Shown: positions 23,201-32,583, numbered from the stretch's first letter. The stretch is DNA of 38,323 nucleotides from Flectonema sp. DT1601 (GCA_964019425.1 OZ025793.1:1426001-1464323), one strand, 5' to 3'. The notes: generated from the letters alone by a model not told the origin. Program-made: numbers and translations.

Positions 23201-25714
23201 CAAGTTCAGCAGTAGGAAGTGTTTTCAGATACACGAGATCAGACCCAGTTCAGGGGGTAATAAGGGAATATTTCTCGTCAGAAGACCCTATTACGCCACC
23301 GCGGACGCCAACTCACGGAAAGGTTTCTCGCGATGTTTCGCTGCCTAGGAAGCCCCTCTACCCGAGTGCACCCGAATGGTATGTAGCAGAGGAATTTGAG
23401 TGGCTCAATGAATCTGAGAGTATCACAACCAGAACATCCCTCGCACCAGTTGCTGTCGATGAAGTTGGATCCATTCATTTTGATTTGATGAATTTTTACA
23501 AACATATCGACTACAGACACTTGTATGCTATTGCAAGGCTTCGAAGAGTAGGCGACAAAATTGACATGTGGCAGAAAAGAGGATTTCACATTGATGACAT
23601 CTATGAGAAGCTTTCCAACACGGGTTTTGCAGAAGCCATCGAGTATGGTGATGGGCGACGAGGAACAATCACCGCTGAGGAAGGTATTGAAACGAGACGC
23701 TACTCTACTTTTGCTGAAGATATTGATGTGCTAAACACTGCCAGAGGCAAGCGCAATTCCACTAGAGTTTCTATCGCACCCTGCGATGATCCTTCGATGA
23801 TTCCATCAGAATCGAAGAAGAATGTCTTGTCACCACAACGCAGTAGTGTGAGCGAAGCTAAAAGAAAAAGAAACGTTTCGATAGCAGTAGACCCAGAAGC
23901 CAGAGCAAGGAGGCTATCACAAGTTGTCGAAATCAGGAGAAAATCAAGTACCAGGAGAAAATCGTTGTGGGATGATACTGCAAAGAAAAGACGATCAACT
24001 TGCTATGAAGCATCGCGACGTGCTTCGATGATGTCAGAATTCGGAAATCCGCATGACACTGCAGAGGTAAGAGAAATGCGAAGATTTCAACGAATTCAGC
24101 GACTCGATCGCGCGATGGAGGTAATCGAACTTTGTGAATTGTGCCACACGGACTTTGCTGTTCGATTCTGTCCGATGTGCAATGAGAGTTATTGTGAGGT
24201 TTGTGACGTCAGTCTGCACATTTCTGGTGAGAAGAAGGACCACTGCAGGCAAACTCCTCAACCTCGAATCTCCCCTTTGATAGAAGCAGGTTATGAAGTT
24301 CAGAGTCAGTTGGGTGATATTTACACAGTTGCTGTATTGGTAATCATCTTTTTGATTTATCCATCACTGATGAAAGAGATTGCTCTGATGCTTAACTGTA
24401 CAGATATTATTTGTATGGAGGAAAACAAATGTCACAAATACCTTGACGAGGATCCAGGTGTTGACTGCAGTATCGCTCCCTACCCGAGCTTTTACGTTCT
24501 GTCATTCTTGTTCTTTATTGCGTATGGATTTGGACTTCCTTCTGCTGGATTCTTTATGCTGTACAAGAGACGAACTAAATTACGTACTAAGGAGGTTATG
24601 GCTACACTTGGGTTCTTATATTCTGGTTTTAGGCAGCAGAGGTACTATTGGGAAATGGTTATTATGATAAGAAAAATGCTTTTAGTCTTTATCGTTGTTT
24701 TCTTGTCACGTTATAGAAAATACCAGCTGTACGTTGCAATTTGGATGATGAGCATCTTTTCTCTGTTAAATATCTTCTTGAAGCCTTTTAAATACGCAAT
24801 CTTGTGGCAATTGGAGAACTTATCGCTGGTGTCAATAACAGTGACGCTAAACTTGGGAGTCTTGTACTTGGAGCCGCTATCAAAGGTGGCGGAGTTTTCA
24901 ATTACTTTAGGAGTATTTGTGATAAATATGGTGGTGTTTATAGTATTTATTCGCAATATTGCAATTGAATTACAATTCGAGCTCTACAAACGTGTTGATG
25001 AGAACATGGACGGTGACGTCACTTGTGAAGAAGTCAGCGGCTTCATCCGAACTCATTGGGATGAGGCAAAGCCTTCCTTCCTCCGTTCATCTAAAGAACG
25101 AAACATTATTAAAGTAAGGAAATCTATTGGTCACAAATGGATTAGCGCATCGAAAGAACAAAAGAAGACCTTAGAATCTGACGGGAAGACCTGCAACGAT
25201 GAGAGACCAACTGTTCCATCCACCTTTGGTTACTACCTCGAACTCTACGATACTGAGCAGCATCGCCAAAATAGGTTTGTAGCTTATAATTTGTTGTTGT
25301 CTTGCTATTTTTAATAAAATTAATGCTGCCGACATCTTTTTCGCTGTTGCGGTTATAAAAATATCAAAAATAATAAAACAGATTCCGCATTCTTAAAGGT
25401 TATCAGCAGAATACTGTTCTTCCATCGCGAAATGTGCCGCACCTTGACGAGGAAGGTCTTTCAAACTATTGGAAGGTATCATACGGAGAGGTACTTGTTG
25501 ACAACAAGCAATCATTTGAGGTGTGTATCGTTTTACTGTTGGATATGATTTCCTATTCATGTTTCGAATTATTTCTCCAAAGACAATCAAACAGCGTGAC
25601 AACTACTCTGACGATTCAGGAGAGCATGGCAGTACGGGGTTTGAATCTCCACATGCAAGTATGGACATCAATGCTCCTGATAATGATAACAATTCCAGCG
25701 ACACCGATCTTTAG
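2..25714 (+). CDS. Giant multi-exon cell-surface multipass membrane protein (>=8,462 aa, 5'-partial); join(2..8200,8278..20122,20189..25274,25382..25520,25595..25714)
   Basis: Three long ORFs (53-8299, 8203-20172, 20239-25314) and two short ones (25434-25778, 25523-25714) join in frame at four GT..AAACAG introns. The spliced length is 25,389 nt, divisible by 3, and ends in TAG at 25712-25714. The frame is open from position 2 (HETYDRKFCDEG...), so the start lies upstream of the window. Confidence 0.88.
8201..8277 (+). other. Spliceosomal intron (77 bp, phase 0)
   Basis: GTATGT...CAAACAG. Removal joins ...FTVSQ|VSDYND... and accounts for the frame change between ORFs 53-8299 and 8203-20172. 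Confidence 0.9.
8278..20122 (+). CDS. Giant gene, 11.8-kb exon: two Gly/Met-rich arrays, laminin/EGF-like cluster, propeller-like region, IPT/Ig-like modules
   Basis: Part of ORF 8203-20172, bounded by the acceptor at 8277 and the donor T|GTATGT at 20122/20123. Confidence 0.92.
9064..10065 (+). repeat. Coding tandem array 1: 27/24-bp units encoding GGEGG(D/N)(P/Q)M(M/T), roughly 37 units
   Basis: Repeated GGYGAAGGYGGNGACCCAATGATG units with synonymous variation, in frame within the exon. Unit count estimated from array length. Confidence 0.95.
11371..13359 (+). repeat. Coding tandem array 2: GGEGGDPMM / GGEGGNQM / GGGGGDPMM units, roughly 75 units
   Basis: A homogeneous 27-bp block (~11410-11800) is followed by a mosaic of 24- and 27-bp units (~11865-13359). 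Same unit family as array 1. Confidence 0.95.
13630..14570 (+). other. Cluster of EGF/laminin-EGF-like repeats, several with a CxC(x6-7)G(F/H/Y)(W/F)...CxxC signature
   Basis: CHCFDSELEGHWSGVSCDIC, CYCDSTAEAGFWDPATDCSTC, CLCYDDDTLGHFEGDTCQRC and CNNHGTCTNQGTC. Similar units occur in exon 1 (CSCYQNPTQGFWDQRHDCTKC). Confidence 0.85.
16300..21300 (+). other. IPT/TIG-like and Ig-like beta-sandwich modules in recurring order
   Basis: IPT-like starts PNVADAPSAGTIITVTGDGF and PTGPYNKGVVITVKGAGF...IEVAMDGQIYS. Recurring motifs FxxL..G(T/S)Y.(L/I) (FNQLVANMPSAGTYELE, FEEVAMRYPIKGTYLVT, FYIRMQAMKQGSYAISV) and QP..l.D..(N) (VQPEISVMDEANN, IQPRFRLIDISDN, LQLLDYAGN). Confidence 0.6.
20123..20188 (+). other. 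Spliceosomal intron (66 bp, phase 1)
   Basis: GTATGT...ACAAACAG. It contains the TAA that ends ORF 8203-20172. The junction T|CG encodes Ser and continues ATTYISRPLGDVIAINVTVKDR. Confidence 0.9.
20189..25274 (+). CDS. Giant gene, exon carrying the juxtamembrane Cys motif, about 8-9 TM helices, B-box and EF-hand
   Basis: ORF 20239-25314 extends upstream to the acceptor at 20188 and ends at the donor AG|GTTTGT at 25274/25275. Confidence 0.9.
21688..24960 (+). other. Multipass TM region of the protist 'GPLCxxC...Q...GFLYxxY/F...YYWExV...RK' type (TRP-C/Flc-like signature)
   Basis: RGPLCGVC at 21688, KMLMNHIQV and LGFLYSGFRQQRYYWEMVIMIRKMLLVFIVVF. Hydrophobic stretches start near 21796, 21898, 22063, 24319, 24493, 24652, 24724, 24811 and 24892. 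Confidence 0.75.
24133..24243 (+). other. B-box (type 1-like) zinc finger in the large loop between TM helices
   Basis: CELCHTDFAVRFCPMCNESYCEVCDVSLHISGEKKDH matches C-x2-C-x8-C-x2-C-x4-C-x2-C-x4-H-x7-H. Confidence 0.85.
24997..25032 (+). other. Canonical EF-hand loop after the last TM helix
   Basis: DENMDGDVTCEE has D1, N3, D5, G6, V8, T9 and E12, flanked by helical-looking FELYKRV and VSGFIRTH. Confidence 0.75.
25275..25381 (+). other. Spliceosomal intron (107 bp, phase 2)
   Basis: GTTTGT...TAAAACAG. The junction AG|A encodes Arg, then FRILKGYQQNTVLPSRNVPH, in the frame of ORF 25434. Confidence 0.8.
25382..25520 (+). CDS. Giant gene, penultimate exon
   Basis: In frame between the acceptor at 25381 and the donor GAG|GTGTGT at 25520/25521. 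Confidence 0.78.
25521..25594 (+). other. Spliceosomal intron (74 bp, phase 0)
   Basis: GTGTGT...TCAAACAG. Joins ...KQSFE|RDNYSDDSG... Confidence 0.75.
25595..25714 (+). CDS. Giant gene, last coding exon (acidic Ser/Asp/Asn tail)
   Basis: RDNYSDDSGEHG...NSSDTDL* followed by T-rich, 3'UTR-like sequence. Confidence 0.75.
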   Translation, partial: RDNYSDDSGEHGSTGFESPHASMDINAPDNDNNSSDTDL

Positions 25715-26386
25715 TTGCCTCATGGCATCTTACATTTTTAATATACTTTTTATTTTTTTTTATTTTATTAGTTCATAGCTCGCGATATGCTAAGATTCTC
25801 CAAATTCTCACTTCTCTATTTTCCATTTGCTTAACTGCACCCATCCGTTTGTAACGTTTTAAAAATTTCTTCCATTTACACAAAATTTACACTACGAATT
25901 AACATAACACGGCACAAGAAAATTACAACGCGAGTTGTGCTTCTGAGATATGAATCAACTTCTCACCAGGGCTTCTCCTTTGCATTATCAGTCTTACAAT
26001 TTGTATCTTTTTAATTCGAATATCTTTGCGGACACTTCTTTGATCCTTTCTTTAGTTCAGATTAACATTAACTCCGTTGACGTCTCCTTAAGATCCCCTC
26101 GATTCCCTTGCGTACAATACAAGACTGGTGAGGCAATCTTTTTAAGTACGGCACAGTTATGACCAAACTGATGTCATCTCACCTGATCCTTTTGTTTTCA
26201 TTTCTTGCTGAGTGATATGGCAATGTGCTGCCCAATTTTTGTGCTTTTATAAAGCTTTCAAGGGTAAGCCCGCAGTACAATTATTATACTGTTCCGGGGG
26301 TTCTATTTTCTTTCGGTGGTATGTGGGCATATGGCACACATGGTCGTATTATAAAGTAAGATGCTAATAAAGATCCACCTCCCCCC

Positions 26387-26463
26387 GACAGAATCCAGTT
26401 ATAATGATTCATGTCTAATTTGTTGCGTGTTAACCTTGATTTATTTATCCAAGTCCCCCCCAC
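26387..26463 (+). repeat. Dispersed 77-bp repeat, copy 1
   Basis: GACAGAATCCAGTTATAATGATTCATGTCTAATTTGTTGCGTGTTAACC...CCAAGTCCCCCCCAC differs from 32507-32583 at 3 positions. Confidence 0.92.
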
Positions 26464-27497
26464 TCTCAGATCATTTCTCTTTTTCTTTTCTTCAGTTGTT
26501 TTCAACCTGTTAGCTTCTGGGAGCTAGAAGAAGTCGGTTGTACGCAAGCTGGTGCGAATTATCGGACCCTTCTTCAAGATTCCATTGCTGCTCGTTATTT
26601 GTATTTTAAAGAGCTATTCCTAAACAAAAAAGGAACAAACAAAATTTAAATTTTTTTATTTGGTTTGGTTGGTCACTTATTCGAATGGTGTTATCTGAAG
26701 CAAAACAGAATATTATTTGAATACAACTTGCTGAGCTTTCTTACGGAAGTTTTCGGATTATTAACAACAAATAATTAGTCGCTGGCTCTGCAGGGCAGTG
26801 CAAGTATTTTATGTTTTCCCTCTCAAGCTGACTTAATATAAGTTATATCTCTCTTACTATTTCCTTCCACGTTGGTTAGCGATAACTACATGTTCTACAG
26901 CACACTACATTACATGTTTTTGCGTTCATTGCTGAAGCCGCAGATACGATCTGTTACCATTGGTCTAAGGTTTGTAGTTCTTCAAGCCAAGCTATCAAAT
27001 TGCGCACGGATAACACGCAATAAGCGCTCCTCTTACCCTGGATCCTGAGGTTTGGCAAAAGTAGCGTCTCGATTCAAAGAAGGTTTATACAAAAAAAACC
27101 GTTAGGTACGACAAAGGCATCATTGTTGACTTTATACTGGGAGATGATGTCACTTCAGAAACTATTGTTTCGAAATTATAAATCATGTTACTTCTATTTT
27201 TTCATGCTCCCTTAATAAATAAAGTAATCATGATTTCGGAACAGACACCGATGGATGTGGATACTACGATAGTTGATAATAAATTTAATTTTCATTTCCC
27301 GGATCAGGAACAGCAAGCACAAGCGACTGCATAATCATAGTATCAAGTTACCCCCCATTCATCTCGCTCTAAAGTGAAGCCTCTGTCATTTTTTCAGTTA
27401 ACCTTCTTGCCTATCTTAGTATTGTAGTAAAGTTTATTACTTTTCCTACATCGTCGAACTAATACCCGCATTCAGCATAGACCGAAGCTCTTCAAAT

Positions 27498-30209
27498 ATG
27501 GATGAACAACCAATCAAAGACTTTCGGCTTCAGTTAGCAGAAAAAGCTTATGCTGATAGAGAGAAGCGGAAGAAGGAATTGGAGGAGAAGATCGAGAAAT
27601 GGCAGGAAAGGCTGGTGGATGTCAAGTTCGGAGATATCTCTGAAGACAAGAAGATGTACATCGAGGATCAGCTGAATACTAACATCGCCAAAGCTGAGAA
27701 TGAGAAAGCACAACTTAATGATCAATTGACGGCGAATCTGCAATTGGCAATGAGGTATGCTTTTTGCTTTTTTTTACCCATTACGGACGGGGGTAAAAAC
27801 CGGTTTTTTGACTTTTTTTGAAAAAAGAGCAAAAGGGGAAAAAGTTTCGGGGAAAACCTGTCTGTACAGGTCTGACCATTTATTTGTATTGGTCACAGTA
27901 CAGCCCTTCGGACTGATTGTTTTCTTACATGACAGCAGTCAAAGTTACAGTTGAAGTTAGAACATTGTTTCTAGTCAAAAGAAGCCTTGTTGCTGAACTT
28001 AGGTTGTGACTTGTTTTCTACTTTACCATGAGTTTTATTGAAAAGCTGTTTTACTTACCGTTTAGTTAACCTTCCCAACACTAAAACAGGGTGGTCACAA
28101 AGTGGAATATTTGTTAGAGTGTGATAATGAAGAAGGAAATGCGATCTTGAAGAGATGGGAACACCTAAAGTTCGATCCTTATAAACAAAAGTTGATTTGT
28201 CGCGAAAGTGCAAAAGAAATAATCCTTGACTATGCTACGAAGGTGCGGAAGGACGAGAAATATTGGACTCAAGACAATAAATCAAAGTTGCTGACTTCGT
28301 ATGGAGTGAAAGGTACAGGCAAAACAGCGGTCATGCGAGCAATGGTCGGATTCAAGGAGAAGCCAGGGTGGGTTCAGGCAGCTGACCCAAATGCAAGGGC
28401 CGTCACGTCTTCCTTCAATGAATCTGGTGACTGGGTTAGCAAGTTCAAAGGTGATTACAAGAAAATGGATCCAGACATTGCATACGGTAGGCACATCTTA
28501 AGGTACAACGGAATGCGTGAAGAGGATTAGAAGCTTCAAAACTGCTGTGTTCCTCCTGCGGAAAAAGCTTGGGCAAACAACCCAAGGCACCCTGGTCATT
28601 GGGATTGATGAACTCGATTGAGGAAACAGCTAGCGAAGTGATGAGCAGTCTAATGCCGCTGCAAGATTATACCGTTGGAAATCCCAGTGAATATGGGGGT
28701 CCGGTCATCTTTGTCATGTCCGCATTAACTGTATCTTTCGCTTCGAAAGTGCAAACTGCTTCAGGTCGCCCTATCCTGACAAACATCCCCCTGCTTAACT
28801 TGCCACAGGCTGAAGCGTTCGATCTCCTCCCTGCTGACATCAGAAGTGCTGCAAAGAAAGATGGACGGATTCAAAAGCTGATTAACCAATGTGGTGGGAA
28901 TCCACGGGCTTTGTTTGAAGGTGTCATGAACTCAAGAGACTACCTTGTAAAGGGAGACCAAGAGGTGTATGATAGCGATATTGCCAAAGCCCGATCGACA
29001 ATTCTTAAAGAGTGCAAGATAATAAGTACAATTCAGGGTCACACTCTGATGGACATTGTTTCTACTTGGTTCGCGGTTCAAGAACCCACTGAAGAATGGA
29101 GGGATACCATGCGTGGTGCAGGATTCCTCCAACCTGTTCAGGGTAAGGATTCCAATGAGATATTTTTCCCGCTGATGCTTGCTGAGTGGGCAAAAAGAAA
29201 GCAGTTGGGTTCTCTCATGTCGCACCACATTGCAGGCTGCTATGACAGCGACGATCAGATAATGACGGGACAAGAGAAGCGGGTCGAGCATCTGTTAATG
29301 CACTATGAGATAGTTCGAAAGGTGGCATACCATCATCTGCAGATTGAGCCACAGATCGGTGAATTCTTCAACCACTCAACTGTCACTGCTGCAACAAAAG
29401 CTACCGATCGTAAATGCGAACTGCTTGAGGCTAACGATACGTTCCTGATCGAAATTGATAGGTCTAACAACTTAGTCTGTCATGTTTCGAAGTTTACGGA
29501 GCTTGCTGACAGTCATTGGAAAAAATTCAGCAATGGGCACACTCTCTACTCCGATCTCCCCAACGAAAAAGGAATTGAATACATCACACCCCACTTTCGC
29601 CTGATCAATGGAAAGTCAGTCCTCACAGCAGAAGTGTGCCAGATCAAATATACACAGTCGGCTGATTGGCCCAATTGGCAAGAGAAGCTCAAGACATCAC
29701 CTGGGGTGAAAGCACTCAACAAGAAGAAGATCCCCTGGTTTGCTGTGTACTACGTTAGCCATTCCTCTATTCCCCAGACATACAAGACCGACTGTATTCA
29801 TTTTCCGAAAGACGCCCTGGACAAGTTCACTGCTCCGTTAGGGATACTGCACGTTGAGAAGGAAACACTGAAATTCCCCCTTTCTGGTAGAGTTACTAAG
29901 AGAGGTAAAAGCCATGTGTCTGAGGAAAATGACTACGATGATGATACTGAAGATACAGAAGCCTCTGGTACTTCGATACTTCCTACTCAAACATTAACAT
30001 CATCGATTGATAAACAACAACAGGATAAGATAACTAAAAATTTACAGCAAGGCAAAAGAGCAATTTCAGAGAAAAGGTTAAGATCAAGCAGTACAGATAG
30101 TGAACCTTGTCTAAACTCTGCAAACAATCTTGCTAAAGATAAATATGTGAAGAAAAGACATAACTTCACATCAAAAGAAGTGCACAATGTACCTCGCTCT
30201 CGTAAGTGA
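27498..30209 (+). pseudogene. Disrupted Crinkler/RHS-type (CR) effector-like gene: coiled-coil N-terminus, P-loop NTPase, PD-(D/E)xK-like nuclease
   Basis: Coiled-coil exon 27498-27754 (donor AG|GTATGC) and acceptor AAAACAG at 28089. Walker A GVKGTGKT at 28303-28326. Walker B LVIGIDE at 28592-28612 lies in a different frame. CGGNPRAL at 28890. NEKGIE...QIK at 29562-29648. Two frameshifts are needed (~28527 and ~28615), and the exon phases do not match. Confidence 0.72.
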
Positions 30210-30574
30210 ACTTTAGATTATCCTCAAAACGTTATACTTTTTGTTTTCATAACAAAAGAGTGTGCCGCTAGTGGTGTGCTACGAACTAGCTAGAATAAGA
30301 ACTGTTTTTTTCTTTTAACTTCGGTTAAGTGTAAGTTGTAACGGACTACAGGGCATGGGGATGCTCAACCTGTTAGTACGTGGTCCCCGACAACGTCTTC
30401 TGGTCAGTAAGACAAAAAATATAGTTTTCTCTTTTTATGTTTACTTTTTTCTAAACGTAATTTTCTTTGATTAACAACTACAAATATTTTCCAGTCAAGT
30501 ACCTGATATTAATTTTGTTTTTAATACCTAAAGAGTTGTTACTGTTTTTACATTGTCAAAGTTTCACCCCTTTC

Positions 30575-30900
30575 TGGGGCAATGCTGAGACATCGCCCAT
30601 GGTTGTCACCTGCTAAGCTGCCTTCTCGGATCCCGCGGGTTCTTTTGAGAATGTTCTAATCTGCCGCTTCTAACCTCTTTTGTTATTCCTGTTCTTCCAT
30701 CCTTTCTTTTCAACCATTTGAATATGTGGAATCATAATTTGTTTTGGTATCGTTATGTTATGTCAACGATGTGCCAACACAAATAGAATTCCTTTTTTGT
30801 CCTTTTTTGATGGTTTCTTCAAAGTCTCTTATGTGGCTTTGAACGTTTCTGGTATTTTTCTAGCCTGTAGCCAGCCTGTGTGATTGGACTGCTTTTATGA
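30575..30900 (-). mobile_element. Degenerate non-LTR retrotransposon reverse-transcriptase fragment
   Basis: With frameshifts the minus strand gives, in canonical RT order, QAGYR (30878-30864), NTRNVQSHIRDFEETIKKGQKRNSICVGTS, DIT..DT, FKWLKRKDGR, RTRGIREGSLAG (RGIREGS at 30637-30617) and TTMGDV. Confidence 0.55.
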
Positions 30901-32154
30901 CATCAGTCTATGGCTGAATCTTTTTTAACCTACACAGCTTTCAGCCTATGTGGCTGGATTGCTTTTTTAAAATAAATCACGCTGGTGCCAACCTGTATCG
31001 TTGGTCTGCCCCTGCAAATCTTATGACTTCGCTCACAAGGGATGAACTGAACCTGGTGTCGGATTTGAACGTCCACACCCACAAATAGTGATAGCAATAT
31101 TAGTAGCTGAAACATTTTGAGATGGAAGTATGTGTAGTATGTTTTTGGTCATTGTTGTGTCTCAATGGATGGGTTTTATAGAACGTCGCTCTTTAGCAAA
31201 ACCAAGTATCTATTTTATCTGTAACATACAAGACCGACTGTTAGTACAGAAGTTACAGGTGATAAGCATATTGAGGTCCCCCCTATTCCCATGAAGGACA
31301 ATTCTGTAAGATCTCTTGTAGTTCTCGCATAGAACTTAGAAGGACACAGGAGATGGTATTATTTCGGTAAAACCTCCCCACTCTGGACTTTGCCCAACAT
31401 TTAATGTTGAACTATGTAATTGTTGCTAACAACCCTCATGTTATTCCAAACTTATTTTGGTTTTTATGTGTTAGTTTTATTGTTTTTTATCTTTTTTTAT
31501 TTTCTTATTTGCAAAACTTAAATGAGATTATTCGAGTCCGTGTCATGCGGTCTCGTTCTCCTTTTGCAAAGATTCTTCACAAAGCTTTTATTATTTGTGT
31601 GATGTAGGTTTTTCCTCCTTAGTTTGGCAGTCTTGCTTTTCTCTTATGTTCACTTTAAGTAAAAAAGAAAAAAAAAAAAAGATTATTATTTTTGGTAATC
31701 AAGTCGTTTTAATTGTCAACTCTTTAACAGAGAATGGATATTATCAATTTGGTGATATGGTATATTTCAGATGTCTTTTTTTTATATTAGTTGTCAAAAA
31801 CAGGTTGTAGAAATATATAAAAAAAATTGATTCAAAATTTTGATACTCAAAAACTGCCCACTCAGAAGTGACATTGTTTCCTTACAACTCATTAATAAAG
31901 TCAGAGAAGATGTTTTTTTGTGAGAGGATGAGATAGACAAACATGGTTTTCAGCTTTTTCTTAGTTGCTCATTTTTTGGTAGATGGCTGCTCAGATCTCT
32001 CACCAACTAGCTTCATTCTTTATACAGTCTTATGTTATTACTTTGCAAGTGTGTTGTGTGTTGGGGGATTTCACCAGACTAAAAAATATAATCAAAAGAA
32101 GGAACGATTGACAGGCGCTGTGACTAAAAGTCCAGATGTCGGTAAAAACATCTG

Positions 32155-32362
32155 ACGAAGTGGAAGGGTTGATATTCTGCTTGGTAGCTTCCATAGTTCA
32201 GAGTCAGCCTACTGCTGATTGCGGAACATTGCAGTGCGGTACCGGATACGTCTGTAAGATGTTGCGGTGTTTACCCAGAATGTGTTGCAAAGATGGCAGC
32301 AGCTAATGATTGTGCAAGCCTTAATTGCCTTCCTGGAACTGTCTGTGGGCAGTGCCGGTTCT
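32155..32362 (+). pseudogene. Relic of a secreted Cys-rich protein with follistatin-N-like repeats
   Basis: Signal-peptide-like GLIFCLVASIVQSQ, then DCGTLQCGTGYVCKM. After a frameshift, YPECVAK...DCASLNCLPGTVC gives a second C-x4-C-x2-G-x2-C. No intact ATG. Confidence 0.45.
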
Positions 32363-32506
32363 TTTTATTAAAGGCCATTGTAAGTCCAGAATCTGAAAAA
32401 AACTGATCTTAGAATTGTTTGGTTCCTCCCCTCCCATCCCTCCCATCCCATCCCCCCCCAGCATTTCTTTCTCTGGTAGTTTATTTAAAGCATGCGATTT
32501 TGTGTG

Positions 32507-32583
32507 GACAGAATCTAGTTATGATGATTCATGTCTAATTTGTTGCGTGTTAACCTTGGTTTATTTATCCAAGTCCCCCCCAC
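32507..32583 (+). repeat. Dispersed 77-bp repeat, copy 2
   Basis: Direct-orientation match to 26387-26463 at 74/77 positions, offset 6120 bp. Confidence 0.92.

Noticed and set aside
25915..26190. Coding-looking minus-strand stretch (FGHNCAVLKKIASP...KERIKEVSAKIFELKRY)
   Set aside because: Multiple stops and no recognisable family. It may be a decayed exon, but I cannot support that.
27776..27872. Possible MITE termini in the CR intron (CCATTACGGACGGG vs CCTGTCTGTACAGG)
   Set aside because: Only 10/14 inverted identity and no clear target-site duplication.
31404..32155. Short hydrophobic ORFs in T-rich DNA
   Set aside because: Compositional artefacts of poly-T/poly-A non-coding sequence with no motifs.
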